Of a stretch of DNA of 64,000 nucleotides, positions 48,001 to 63,000 are shown piece by piece. This DNA comes from Hypanus sabinus (Eukaryota), in the NCBI RefSeq assembly GCF_030144855.1, contig NC_082710.1, positions 14,136,001 to 14,200,000 on the forward strand. Reading direction: 5' to 3'. The notes beneath the pieces were generated by a model. The model did not search any database. It was not told the DNA's origin and was given only the letters and a program-made list of their open reading frames with translations. How positions within the stretch are numbered: the first letter of the stretch is position 1; every line of letters begins with the position of its first letter. The translations under genes were made by a program, and so were the position numbers.

Positions 48001-51000
48001 CCACCCTGGCAAAAAGGTCTCTGGCTATTTACTCAATCTATTGCCTCTTATCATCTTATACACCCATATCAAGTCGCCTGTCATCCTCCTTCACTGCAAA
48101 GAGAGAAGCCCTAGCTTGCTCAACTTATTGAGGAAAAATATGCATTATGAACCTAAAATCTTTTAATAATTGATGGAATATAAAAATATGTATCCGTCAT
48201 TTTTCTTTGGGAAGCTAAGACTAAAATTACTCCTGAGCAGAAGCTGAAAGATAAAGCAAAGACAATCTCATTGCATTAAATCCTGACTTCTATATTACCT
48301 TTGGTGTTATGTTACTTTGAGTCAGATGCCAGTATTTGATGCATTTGGGAACATGAAGTAGGATTGGTTGGACATAGTACAGAATGGGGAAGTAACAAAA
48401 GTACAGAAGTTAGATTGGTTTTACAGGTAAAGTGTTGTCAATATGGGCAGAAGAATTCATCATCAGAAAGTATGTACGGACATAATATATATGGATGGGT
48501 AGAAAGTCTGCTGTCTGTGCTCTGATGGTAAACTATAGGTCTATGCAGCACTAATCCATCACTTGATAAAATGTTGCCAGTTTCACTTTGCTGTCTGCTT
48601 AGGACTAAGAAGAATCTGCCTTGGCTTTTTTGAGCTAAGGTATACCAACCTCAGTTCTTCACAGTGTAATCTACTGAAAATGTAGCTATTTTATTATTGG
48701 ACGAGATTGGGGGGGGGGGGTCGGTGGAGGAGTAGTCAGGAGAGACTTGGTCCAATCAACCAGCCCACCGAGGCTAATTGTTGAACACTGTCACCCTTGG
48801 CTGTGCCTGTCAGCAAGCCTCAACTTGGATTACTGACTTTGAGATGAGTGCAGCAAAGTTGATTTATACACAGTGCTTCAGAACCATGTAGTTGATACTA
48901 CATTTTCATCTTGTGTTTATATCCCATGCTTTCACTCTTTTTGTGCGATTTGTTTCTTGTCTGCGTTAGTTATTTATTGAGTGGGGGGTTGATTTTTCTT
49001 TGAATGGGTTGTTTCCATGTTTCTTCTTTGTTCTGTGGCTGTCTGTGGGAAGATGAATGTTAGGGTTGTACTTTGATAATAAATGTACCTTGAATCCTTT
49101 GAATTATTTATAATGTATGTAATAACAGTGACCAAAATGTAACATGCACAAAATGCTGGAGAAACTCAACACATCAGGCAAGATCCATGGAAAGGAATGC
49201 ACAGTTGATGTTTTGCATTGAAACTCTTCAACAGTCCAAAATGTTAACTGTTTATTCCCCTCCTTAGGTCCTACCTGACCTACTGATCTCCTCATTATGT
49301 GTGTGTTAATGTGGATGCAGAACCTATTGTGTTTATGAAATTGTAATCTTTTTTCAATGAAATTTATTCCAAAATGTGGAACGTACTGATGACAAAGATA
49401 TTATTTTGTACAGAGATAACATCCCGCTTTAACTGATTTTCTTTTGCAAAACAATTTACAAATTAATGCTGTTGTATGATCGACCTACATGTCCACATGC
49501 ACAAAACTGTTTTCCTTTTGACAATTCAGGCTGCCCACTGGAACAGATTCAGTTGCCAAAGAGTAAAGGAAAGTCTTCAGTAAGAACTGGCACATCTTTG
49601 GGAAGAAAGTATAAAGAAAAGTCTTCAAAGGCACATGAAAATGAGAGTGCCCTGCCTGCCATTGGAGGCAAGGACCAATCTCTCTTCCTTTTTCGAGCTC
49701 TGGGAAAAATTATGTATTGTAAACGTAAGTTCAAGTTTTAAACAAATGTATTTGAATCCTTTTAAATGTATTAGTTCCCTTAAGTTCACAACCTAACCAA
49801 GATTTTAATATTGTCAACAAATTTTAGAATGTACTCGTGGACGACTTCTGCTTATTCCCCCATGTTTAATTTTTAGTGCTTTATAAAAGCTATGCAACAT
49901 GCCACAAGCTGCCACTTTTTAAAAATCACCACTTTTAACATCAATTTTTCTTAACCTTATTCTAAAGTAGCATGATCAGTTAGCAATTTTCTTTGCCCTA
50001 CTTTGTATAAGATTCAGTGTCATGCAAAGAAGACAGTAATAAGAGTTATTAAAAGTTGGTTATTGATGAAGCTTAAGGTAAGTGTCAAAATAAGTTCAGG
50101 TTTGTCATTCAACCATATGTGAATACCCATGAATACAGCCAAACGAAACAACGATATTCCTGGCAAAGTGCAAAACACAGTACCAACAGTCATACACAGC
50201 ACAACACACACATGGCACATATAAAACAGCACACAAAAAAATATATAGTCGAATTCCTGAGTCCATGAATGTTGCTGCAGTCTGCAGCGACTGGAAATTG
50301 TCTTCAGCCAGGCAGACATTCAGGAACAGCACCGACTCCAGCATGCACCAACCATATCGCCTCTGGTGGAGTGCAATGACTCCGATGCCTCTCACCTGGG
50401 TGACTGAAAGCGGGTGAAAACTGTGCTTTCAGGCTTCATTCTTGCTCGGACCAAGGCCACGCAGCTCCCCCACAATTTGTCAAAAACTAGTAAATCGGAC
50501 TTTTAGCATTCTGCATTAACAATGTTCAACAGGGTCTTGTGATCACCAGTAAAAGCAACTGGTGTTGTTGTTAGACTGAACACCTCCTTCCCACACCCAC
50601 TCTGATGCAGGCGCCAACACGATCGACACCAATTCCAGTTCTTTCAGTTTCTCCAGCAATAAACAATTCACAGATTGGATAGACGAAGTACTATCATTTC
50701 TTAATTTCCAGCAGGGTCTTGGAATCATAAAAAATATGTTTAAAAAAAGAGAATAACACTTTGGTTGGCCCCGTAGATGCAGCTATGTCCAAGGATGCTG
50801 CCATGCTCCTGGAAAAACAGAACTGACAATGCATGAGGTTTATAGAAAGATTTCCAAAATGGGGAAATACTTACAAATTTCTGTAATCTCTGATTTTTCC
50901 ACTATTTTATATTTATGTAATAATTATACTTGGATTGACCGGTCATTCATTTTCATGCTCCAATTTGATCCTCAAGTCTCACTGCCTCCATGTCTCTTTA

Positions 51001-54000
51001 CTCTTTAAGATCCCCTTAAAGATAAATTCTTGGACAAACTTTTATTTCTTTGCCTAATTTAGCTTAATGTCCCTTTGTGACAGTCACTGAGCTCAATCAG
51101 AAAGGCAGCGAGACTTGCAGACTGCTCCCAGCACATTCTCAGACTGTTTTGGTCATTGACACAAATGACATATTTCACTGTACACATTGCCATTTTGAAG
51201 TACGTATGACAAATGAAGCTATTTATACTAGCCGAAACGTCAAGGAGCAGCAAACAGCATCATCTTTAGCCAGAGGGTGATGAACCTGTGGAATTTGTTG
51301 CCACAGGCTGCTGTGGGGGACAGGACATTGGGTGCATTTAAGACAAAGGTTGATATGTCCTTGACTAGTCAAGGTGTGAAAATTTACAGGGAAGAGGCAG
51401 TAGAATGAGGTTGAGAGGGAAATGTTGAAAAAGTGAAACAGACTCGATGGGCTGAATGGCCTAATTCTACTCCTATATCTTATAGTCTCTCTGTAGGCTC
51501 TCTGAGTCAAACACCAGCCTAATGAGACAATTAATAGGCAGGCCTTCATTGTCATTGATGCCTAAACCTTCCAGGCCCCTCTTCAAACACACACCTTCAC
51601 TGGAAGGATGCATGAATTATCTTTCTGTGGGCACCATTGTTCCCACTGAGCTGTGCGGGTGTGCAGCTGTTCATTAACCGAAATGCTCCCGCACACACAG
51701 CTTTTGTCGCCACGTAGCTGAAATTCGACACAGCTAGAAAAAGTTTACAAAACATGAAAGATTTTCTTTGTTGTGCTTTATTTCAATACAGCATTCAATT
51801 ACTAAATAAAATCAAATATATGTGATTTTTGAATTTTCATTCTAAATATTCCTAGTTTGCATATTACAAAACAAACAAACATTTAAAGAGCCGCTCGGAT
51901 TTCAGGCTGTGTTTAAAAAAAATCATCCCTGCGCAGAGCAGTGATTGCTTGAGTAGAGGGAGCATTGGTGGGTACAATATTTCAAGCAGACACATTTTCT
52001 TATTTGCCACTAGATGGTGGTGTTTGGAAAATATGAGATCACTTTCCCCAAACAATTTTCATCATATAGCAGAAAGGCTTCTCAGTTGATTCTGGTAATA
52101 ATCACAAATGGATGTTAAGATAAAGAAGAAATGTAAAACTATAGGTCACTGGACTGCTCAAACCTGTCCTGCCAGTTTTTGTAATTATGACTGATGAAGC
52201 CTTCCACAGCCCTGTAAGCAGAGGTTTCCTCCTCTTGTAATAAGTTTCCACTAGTGAGAGAACCTCAAATGCTGGAGGAACTCAATAGGCCAGGTAGCAT
52301 CTATGGAAAAGAATAAACAATCGGCGTTTCCAACCAAAACCTGAGGCCTGATGAAGGGTCTTGATCTGAAACCTTGACTGTTCACTCTTATTCATAGATG
52401 CTACCTGGCCTGAGTTCCTCCACCATTTTGTGTGTGTCGCTTTGACTTCCAGCATCCGCAGATGTTCTCTTGTTTGTGAAGTTTCTATATGTCTCAGTTT
52501 TAGAGTCATTGAAAACTCCAGCACAGAAACAGGCTCCTTAGTTCATGTTGAACCATATAAACTGCCTAGTCCATCGACCTGCACCTTGACCATAGTCCTC
52601 CATACCCCTCCCATCCATGTACCTACCCAATTTATCTTAAATGTTGAAATCGAATTTGCATACACCACTTGCACCGGCAGCTCATTCCATACGCTAACCA
52701 TGATCTGAGTGAAGAAATTTCCCATCATGTTCCTCTTAAACCCTTAATCCATGACCTCTAGTTGTGGTGTCACCCAACCTCAGTGGAAAAAGCCTGCTTG
52801 CGTTTACCCTATCTACACCACTCAAAATTTTGTATACCTCTATCAAATCTCCCCTCAATCTTCTTCATTCTAGGGAATAAAGTTCAATCTTTTCTTATTT
52901 ACATCTTTCCTGTAGGTAGGTGACTACTTGATTGACCACTGCCTAACTTTGTAACTACTTCTCATTTGAGGCTCTCTCACTAGTGGAAATATCTCTTCAT
53001 CCTCTCTTTCACTCTTCTTTAGGATCTTCTGTGTTTCAACAACATCACCCTTCATTCTTCTAAACTTGAAAGGAGTGGAGATGTGGTTAAAAGATTTTAG
53101 CGAGGAACTTAAGGGGGGAAAGGAAGATGAAGGTAGACCAATTCAAGAAAATAGTTAAGTTTTGACTTTGTGGAGTGTATTTAGGGAAAGGTGAAGTGAC
53201 AATGGATTTCAGATGTACAGACCAAGACAGTGGATTTAGTGGATCAATGGATGAGAAGGTGGCATGGAGAGCTGAGACGTTGGTGTATTACAGGGCTGAA
53301 GGGGATCTCAGATATCTAACTTGCTGATACAGGAACTTGAAGATGCAATGTTAGTTTGAAATTGGAGCATTGCTGACCAGACAGTGGTGGCTGAAAGTTC
53401 GTGAACCCTGTAGAATTTTCTTCATTTCTTTATTAATATGGCCTAAAATGTGATTGGACCTTACTGTAACCCCTAAAACTAGATAAAGAGGACCCAATTA
53501 AATAAATAACACAACATATGATCCAATATTACATGTATTTGTTGGAAAAAGTATGTGAACCTCTAGGATAATGCCTTCTGTAAAAGAGATAGGAGGTTTG
53601 GGCTGTAGAAGTGCCCTGCCTTATAAAAAAGACACAAAGTCAGGTTACTGACAGAGCCGGCTCTTCTCAAGAAAGATCTGTTTATCTGCACCACGCCTTG
53701 ATCAAAACAACTTTCAGAGGACCTTAGAAGAAGAATTATGGAGATGCATGAAGCTGGAAAAGGCTACAAAAGCATTTCTAAAGACCTGAATGTTCGTCAG
53801 TCTACGAATTGAGCAAACTCTGCTACATACTGGAGCAAACATACTGTTGCTACTCTCCTTAGGAGTGGGCAACCTGCAAAGATCACACCAAGAGCACAAC
53901 GTGCAATGTTGAAGGAGGTGATAAAGAACCCAAGAGTAACAGCAAAAGACTTGAAGAAATAGTTCTTTTTTTTTCCTTTTTTCTTTAAAAAAAAATTAAC

Positions 54001-57000
54001 ACTTTATTTTTTCTTATTATTATTGATATATTGCTTAACTTTGTTAATCAGTATAAATCCTGATCCTTTTCTCCAGCAAATACATAAGTGCTTCTCCCTA
54101 TAGATGCTGCCTGGCCTGCTGTGTTCCACCAGCATTTTGTGTGTGTTGTTTGAATTTCCAGTATCTGCATTTTTCTCAATAAATGAATGAGGAAATATAA
54201 TTGTTTTATGTTATTTATTTAATTGGGTTCTCTTTATCCAGTTTTAGGACTGACATGAAGATCTGATCACATTTTAGGTCATATTTATGCAGAAATAGAG
54301 AAAATTCTACAGGGTTCACGAACTTCCTTGCACCACTGTAGCTGGCGAAAGGCATTGAGAATGGGGATTTCAGAATATAGAACATTGCAGAACCATAAAC
54401 GTACTTCAGCCCATGATGTGTCGACCTTTCAACCTACTCTAAGGTCAATCTAGCCCTTCCCTTGTACATAGCCCTCCATTTTCCTATCTTCCATGTGCCT
54501 GTCTAATAGTTTCTTCAATGTTCCTAACATATCTGGCTTTACTGTCTCCTTGGCAGCACATTCCATGCATTCTTTACTCTGTGTATGTGTGTATAAAAGA
54601 AAAACTTACCTCTGACATTCCCTCTAAAATTTCTTCCAATTACCTTAAAATTATGTCCTTGTTTTGTTGTATGAAAAACATGAAATAGCATGTTTAGCTA
54701 TAGGGAAAAAGTGAAAATCAGATGAAATTAAAATGAATACGATTTTTTTTCTGTTTTTTGTGCTATTTATCTTAATTTAACTATTATATATATATTTACT
54801 GTAATTCAATATTTCATGTTTATGATGAGTTGCATTATATTGCAGCCGCTAAGTTAACAAATTTCATGACACATGCTAGTGATATTAAACCTGATTCTAT
54901 GTCCGATTCTGAATGACAGTATGTGTTTGAAGCCACCACAAAAATCATCTCCTGTAGATCGCTGAGATTTATTCAAACTTTTTCAGCAGTGAAGTAGATT
55001 TTTCAGTCTAATGTTGTGATTTAAAATTGACCAACTTTAATTTTCTTTTGAAGGAGAGCCATCCAGTGGCATGCATTTGAATCCATTACCAGCTCATTTA
55101 TCTGAGCATGAGAGGGATCCGCTTTTGGTCAATCCAGAGGTAAGAATGATCTTCATCACAAACATGAAGGAGAAGGATGTGTCATATATTCTAGTGTTGA
55201 TTCTATCTTCCAATATTTGAGGATTAATTTCTTCACCATATCAGTGGTCTCATCAGTTTTGTGGTGGCATTCAGGGTGAAGTTCCTGCCTGCTGGCCGTG
55301 TCGTAGGGCCAGTTACTGCAAGGGCAGAATAAAAGTAACACATCATGTTTAATGATTTTTATGTTTTATTTGTATTTCAGGAGGTAATTGAAAATTCACA
55401 TATGTCTGAGGAGTTGTTTAATCTTTACCTCCACCAGAATTATGTTGATTTCTTCAGTGACATAGATGACATAGTGCGTGCTAGTGACTACCTAAGTGAT
55501 GCGGACTTCCTAACAGTAGATTGGAGTGTAAGTAACAAACGTCGTATAACTGGTAATCATACCCTGATTCATGAGCCAGGCTCTTGTGTAGCTGGTAGGC
55601 AAGTGCTGCACTGTTACGTTACAACCACAGCTACAATTCAAAAGTGCTTGGTTGCCCATGAATCAGTTCTAATGCCCTGAGAGAGTGACGGGTGAGAGAT
55701 GAGGGAGTGGCTTTGCATTTGCCCGTTTATTTATTGCCATCGGTAATGAAAGAAATCTGTTTCTACTTTTTAAAAACTGTCAACCATGTTCTTAGTGTAA
55801 TGCTATTACACCTCGGGACATCAGAGGTCGGAGTTCAATTCTAATGTTATCTGTAAGGAGTCTGTAGGTTCTGGCAGTGGAATGTGTGGGTTTCCTCCCA
55901 GAGTCCAAAGATGTACTATGTACCGATTAGTAGGTTTGTTATTGTCAAAAAAAATTGTCCCATGATTAAATTAAATCGGAGTTGGTGGATGAAGCGGTTT
56001 GCAATGCATCTCAGAATGAATAAATAAATAGGACCTTCCATGACCTGTTAATTAAAATTGTTTTCTGAATTGTGTTCATTTCAGTCCAGGAAACAATGTC
56101 CTTTCTTATCATTATGGTCATTTTTAAAATGAATCTTGAATTGATTTTGCTCTAAAATTCCAATACTTATATCCACTCTGCGAAAAGAATAATTCCAAGA
56201 TGTTGTTATATGATAATAAAATAGTGGGATTAGAACATTGAACAGTACAGGCCCTTCAGCCCACAATGTTGGGCTGAACTTTTAACTTCCTCCAAGATCA
56301 ATCTAACCTTTCCCTCCCACATAACCCTCCATTTCTCTATCTGTGTGCTTATCTAAGAGTCTGTTAAATGTTGCTGACCTATCTGCTTTCACCGCTGGCA
56401 GGGGTTCCACCTACTCACCGCTCTCTGTGTAAAAACAAAAATAACCTACTTCTGACATGTCCCCATATACTTTCCCCCAATTACTTTAAAACCATGCCGG
56501 CTGGTATTCACCATTGTTTGTATTAAATCAAGTCAATCATCGTTTGTTTAATTTGTCACAGAAAGTTTGCTTCTCCTTCTTGAACCAAAATGGTTCATTC
56601 AGTAGTTTTCACAGTGTCCCTGAACCCATTCCTGATACATTAAAGATAGGCTCTGGAATGTAAACAAATATGAACAATTCTTTTTGAAGTACTTCATAAG
56701 TTTTTGGAACTCTTCCTCAAAGGAGACAGAGAATTTGAATATTCTTAAGGCAAAGATTCCTGATGAGTAGGATGAGGAGAAGCTGCTGGAGGTAAGCAGG
56801 AATCTGGGATCGAGATTACCATGACCTTATCAAATGGCAGGGTAGGCTTGAGTGACCATGTGGCTGAATACACTTCCTACAGTTCGGCTGATATTTCTAT
56901 TCTAATTGTTGTGGGTGATAAAAAGAACCCTAAAATTGAATAGATGTTTTTGACCAGAGCAGGACTGTTTAACACAACAACTTACAAAATGTCTGGGACT

Positions 57001-60000
57001 CTAGAATCTTGGCACAGGGAACAAGATCCAGAAAATTATCCTGAATCCAGCAAAGTACTGGTTAACACCAACAAACAGTCTGCTGGAGAAACCCCAGTGG
57101 GCTGAGCAGCATCTGTGGCAGGAAAGGAATTAACATACAACATAGAACAGTACAACAGTATAAGGCCCTTAGGGCCATGATGTTGTGCCAACCTTTTAAC
57201 CTACTCTATCAATCTAAACATTCCCTCCTACATAGCCCTCCATTTTACATTTATCCATGTGCTTATCTAAGAGTCTCTTAAATCTCCCTAATGTATCTAT
57301 CTATACCACCATACCTGGCAGTGTGGCACAGTAGCGTGGTGGTTAGCATACCAGCGACGCAGGTTCAGTTGCCGCTGCTACCTGTAAAGAGTTTGTACGT
57401 TTCCCTGTGACTACATGGGTTTCCTTTGGGTACTCCGGTTTCCTCCCACAGTTCAAAACAATGACAATGATTAAATCAGGGGGTGCTGGGCGGTGCGTGT
57501 CAAAGGGCTTATTCTGCGCTGTATCTCAATAAATAAATAAGATTCCTCTGTTCCTCTACAATGCTAAGAATCCTGTCATTCACCCTGTACCCTGCCTTCT
57601 AGTTTGCCCAACTGTAGTCGTTTTGGGTGGAAACTCCACCGATTCCAGCAATTACATTCTCCTGTGTCTCCCGAGTACTATTTAATCCCTGGCTGAAGCA
57701 TTATGTCCACTTCTGAAGCCCAGGTTTTGCGGGATGAGACGACTTTGGAACACAACCTCTTTGGGTTGGGCAATATATGAAATTCTACAGCATTCTAATT
57801 TTCACACAGATTAAATTTTATGAGTATAGGACTGTTCAAACTAAATCTTATAGTGAGTTTGACAAACGTCTTATATATCTGGTTCTATGACTTCCTTAGC
57901 ATCGTTCAACTATGTGGAAATATAGTGCGTCTGTGGCGACCAGAGGGCTGATTCATGCCAACAGAGCTCGAGCTTGGGCTAATTGTAAAGGAGGAGCTGG
58001 TTTCAAACCTTTGCACAAACCACAGTGGCTATCAATAAACAAAAAGGTACGGGCAGAACTGGTTTGACTGATAAATTCAGCTAGCATTCTGGTTACAGTT
58101 TAACAGAATCTGATCAACCTAGTATAGCTTAGCATTGGGCTTGTACTAATGAATTCTAACTGCTGAAGTTGGGTGTTTGAGGTTGGAGAACTGTGTGTGT
58201 GGGTGAATGGGTGGTGGCGGTTTGCTGGCAAGGAGCACAGAGCTTGTTTTGCTGAGTTCTTTTGTTGCTTATTATGTTCTTTGTTGTTCTGCCAAGCTTC
58301 TTGGGCATGCCACGTTGGTGTCGGAATGGGTAACGACACTTGTGGTCTGCTCCCAGCACATCCTTAGGTGGTATTGGTCATTAACCCAAACAATGTATTT
58401 CACTGTAGATGCTAAATCTGTTGGTTTGCATTTGTGACATTATGCTGTTATAAGACCATAGAATACTACAGCACAGTACAGGCCCTTCAGCTCACAATGT
58501 TGTGCTGACCTTTTAACCTACTCTAAGATCAATCTAACCCTTCCCTCCTACATAACCCTCCATTTTTCTATCATTCATGAGCCTATCTAAAAGTTTCTTA
58601 AATGCCCCCAAAGTATCTCCTACCAGCAGCCTGGCAGGGCATTTCATGCACCCACCCAGATAAAACTGCGTTTTAAAAAGAAACTTACCTCTCACATCCT
58701 CCCTGTATACTTTCCTCCAGTCACCTTAAAGTTATGCCTGCTTGTATTAGCCATTTCCACCCTGGGAAAATATCTCTGGCTGTCCACTCTGTCTATGCCT
58801 CTTATTATCTTGTATGCCTCTATCAAGTCAGTTCTCATCTTCCCTCCATTGCTTCAGAGAGAAAAACCCAGTTCACTCAACCTATCATCATAGAACATGC
58901 TCTCTAATCCAAAAGTGATATCTCCAACAAAGGGTCAGGACATTGGCATTGTTGGTTTCTCGAAGTTGTCTAGCTCTTACATTTGGCTTGCTGGAAACAT
59001 CAGCTTAATTTTCCTGGACATTAATGTACCTGAGAGACTTGGTGCAGATAATCCTTTCAGTGAATTCTTGGTTATGATTGTTTATATTGTACGTGAATAG
59101 AAATGGTAATTAAAACCAAAATTCTTTTCTTTGTTGTTTCAGTATAAAGAAAATTGTCTTGCCACCAAAGGTTTCTTCTCAAACTTTTGTTTAGCCCCAG
59201 TTTGCCTTCAGACTGAGTTATTACCGTACCTAGCACTACTGACAAACCCTATGAGAAATCAAGGTAAGATGAAAAATGTTAACAGGATGAGTTTTTTTCC
59301 AGTTGTAGCATATAATTTCATAGAAGGTTGATACAATAGTGCGTAGCAAAATAGTGCAAATCAGTATTTGGCGCTACATATTATATGTGCATTTAAGGAC
59401 ATAGAACATGACAGCACAATAAAAGTTCTTCAGCCCACAATGCTTGTGTACCCTTGAATCTATTCTAAGATCAACCTAACCCTTCCCTTCCTTTTCTTTC
59501 ATCCATATGCCTATCTTAAAAGTCCCTGAAATCGCCTTAAGGTATCTGCCTCTACTACCAGAGGAAAAGTATAAATTTTATTTTCATCATAACCCATAGC
59601 TTGCAAAACACAGTCTTCAGCTGCACAAGCACATGTATATTTTAGATAGTGTTGCTCTTCCCTGGCTTTATATTCAACTTGGAATTTGCATGCAGTTCAG
59701 ATCATTTTAAGTGGACTTAGACTGGAAACATTCTATCCTTGTGCAAGTAAACCATGCATTGGGCTGCCAAATTTATTTTTTATTTATTTGGATATAGCAC
59801 CGAGTTGGCCCTTTAAGACCTGCTGCCAGCAACCCATCAATTTAACCCTAGCCTATTCATGGAACTATTTACAGTGACCCAGTACTCCTTTGGACTGTGG
59901 GAAGAGACCGGAGCACGCGGAGGAAATCCCCACATTCCACAGGGAGGATGTACAAGCTCCTGACACAGGATGCTGGGATCGAACTCTGAAATCCAATGCC

Positions 60001-63000
60001 CCGAGCTGTCATGGCTTTGTGCTAGCCATTACGCTACCATGGCAAATATTGATGTGGAGCTACAGATTTTACTAATTTCGATCTCTGCCCTCCATAAAGC
60101 CATGGAGTAAGTCAGAAAACAGTGTGGTGATATTTCTATTCATCAAATAGAAAGCATATTGTGAATAACGGTGGTGGATGCCTGTATGGTAGAAGCACTA
60201 ATGATAAGGACTTCCAGCACCCAGGGCATGCCCTTCTCACTGTTACCATCAGGTAGGAGGTACAGGAGCCTGATTCAAGAACAGCTTCTTCCCCTCTGCC
60301 ATCTGACTCCTAAGTGGACATTGAACCCTTGGAGAGTACCTCACTTTTTTAATATTTGCACATTTTTTAATCTATTCAATATATGTATATTGTAATTGAT
60401 TTACTTATTTATTATTATTATTTTTATTTATTGTTTTTTTCCTCATCTATATTATGTATTGCATTGAACTGCTGCTGCTAAGTTAACAAATTTCACGTCA
60501 CATGCCGGTGATAATAAACATGATTCTGATTTCTAAAGCAGGTTGTAGAGTCTTTGGAAGATTCATTTTCTAACTTCCTCAAACTCTCAGAAAATAATCT
60601 GTTCACTGTGAAGATGACTATCTTTTCTCAAGTAACCTAAAATAACTTTGTATTTGATGAATCAGTCAGGTTTATTCTCACTGATATGTTGTGAAATTTT
60701 ATTGTTTTGCAACAGCAGTACCGTAAGAGTCAAAAAATACTATTAAGTTTAAAAATAAAGGTCAAAAGTGGAATAATGCAATAGTAATGAAGAAATCTGG
60801 TGGTGCAGGAGAAGAAGCCATTCCTCAAATGTTGAATGTGGGTCTTCAGGCTCCTGTACTACTTCTGGTAATAATGAGAAAAGGGTTAATGCTTGAGGAG
60901 CGTTTGATGGCCCTGGACCTGTACTCGCTGGAGTTTAGAAGAATGAGGGGGATGTCACTGAAACCTATTGAATATTGAAAGGCCTGGATAGAGTGGACTT
61001 GGAGAGGATGTTTCCTATACTGGGGAATCTAGGACCAGAGGGTACAGGATCAGAATACAAGGACGTCCCTTTAGAACACAAATGAGGAGGAATTTCTTTC
61101 GCCCGAAGGTGGTGAATCTGTGTAAGTCATTGTCACAGACAGCTGCTGAGGCGAAGTCATTGGGTATATTGGGAAGTTGATAGGTTTGTGATCAGTAAGG
61201 GTGTCAAAGGTTACAGGGAGAATGCAGGAGAATGGGATTGAGATGGATAATAAATTAGCTATGACGAAATGGCAGAGCAGATTTGATAGGCTGAATGGCC
61301 TGAGTCACCTCCTATGTCTTATGGATGGTGAGGGTTGTAAATGGTCTCTTAATCCTGTCCTCAATGGTGGGGAGGGTTGTGCACATGATAGAGCTGGCTG
61401 AGTCCACAATCCTCTGCAGCCTCTTGCAATCCTGCACATGGTTAAGTTTTTAAACTTTAAATTTTGGTTCTTCGGTATGTGGTAGGGAGTTGCAGCAAAA
61501 TGGTTGGCAATGTGGTGGCTAAACCTGATGTCCTCCTAACAAACAGACTGTCTGCGTGCTGTTAGCATGTCGATCCCCTTTGCATAGACTGTTCTGGCAC
61601 CGGTAATGTTCCCTGTGCCAAGTGCCCAACAGCACAACATTGCTGTCCAAGTCCAGCCCTGGTCCTTTCAGAGAATACAACAACAGGCTTCAGTGGGAAA
61701 CAAAATTATTCAAGTAGGAAGTTTTTAAAGTTGCATTTTCATCTGAACAGCATCTATAAATTTTTCTGATTTATGTTCATGTACAGCACAAATTAATTTT
61801 ATTCACGATGTGGGAAGCTTTCCATTCAAGCGATACTCTACAAGGTATGTACATATGGTTTCCTAATATCACAGTTGATCCTGCCTTGCATACAAGTTAA
61901 TGTTCTTAGTTTACACTTCCTAGTTAGGGAAATTTAAATTGTCATTAACTTTGAGTGTGAGATATAGTTGTTAACCTTAAACTTTATTTACCTGATTTAA
62001 ATTGGGGAAAAAGTGATTTTAAAAAATAATAACAACCTGTGTTTAATTCTTCATAATGGGAGGACATTATTCTTTACAGTTGCTGGTTTAATATAAACTT
62101 TTGTTCTGACGATGGATGAGCACACGGAACATAAAGTAGAGAGAAGTGTTGGCCATCTGGCCCTCTTTGTCCGCTCCACCATACAATGTTATCATAACTG
62201 ATCTACCCCCAGCTTTAACTCCTCTGTGAGAACCCCGTGCTTCTCAATTCCTCGATCTTTAAAAATTGTAACTGTCACTACCAGTGAAAACATTGGAACA
62301 CAGAGCAGTACGTCACAGTACACACCCTTTGGCCTATAATGTTGTTATCAACCTTTAAACCTACTCTAAGATCAATCTAACTCTTTCCTCTCACGTAGCC
62401 CTCCATTTTTCTATCATCCACGTGCCTATCTAAGAGTTTTAAGTGTCCGTAATGAATCTGCCTTTATACCATCACCCCGGCAATGTGCTCCATGCACCCC
62501 GCACTGTCTGTGTAAATAAACTTGCATCTGATATCCTACCTACAATTTCCTACAATCGCCTTAAAATTATACCCCCCGGTAATAGTGATTTCCAGAGAAA
62601 AGATCTCTGGCCATCCACTCATCCTATGCCTCTTATCATCTTTTCCGTCTCTGTTAATTCTCGTTTTATCCTCTTTCACTTAAAAGAGAAAAGCCCTCGC
62701 TCGTTCAATATACCTTCATAAGACATGCTCTCTAAACCAGGCAGCATCCTGGTAAATCTCCTCTACACCTTCTCCAAAGCTTATAATGAGCCGATCAGAA
62801 CTGAACACAATATTCAAGTGTAGTCTAACCAGACTTTTATAGAGTTGCAACATTACCTCGCAGCTCTTGAACTCAATCCCCTGACTATTGAAGGCCAACA
62901 CACCATATGCCTTCCTAACAACTCTATCAACGTTTCACCTCTGCTAAGATCAATCTAACCCTCTCTTGCACATCACCCTTGATTTGTCATGTCATTTACC

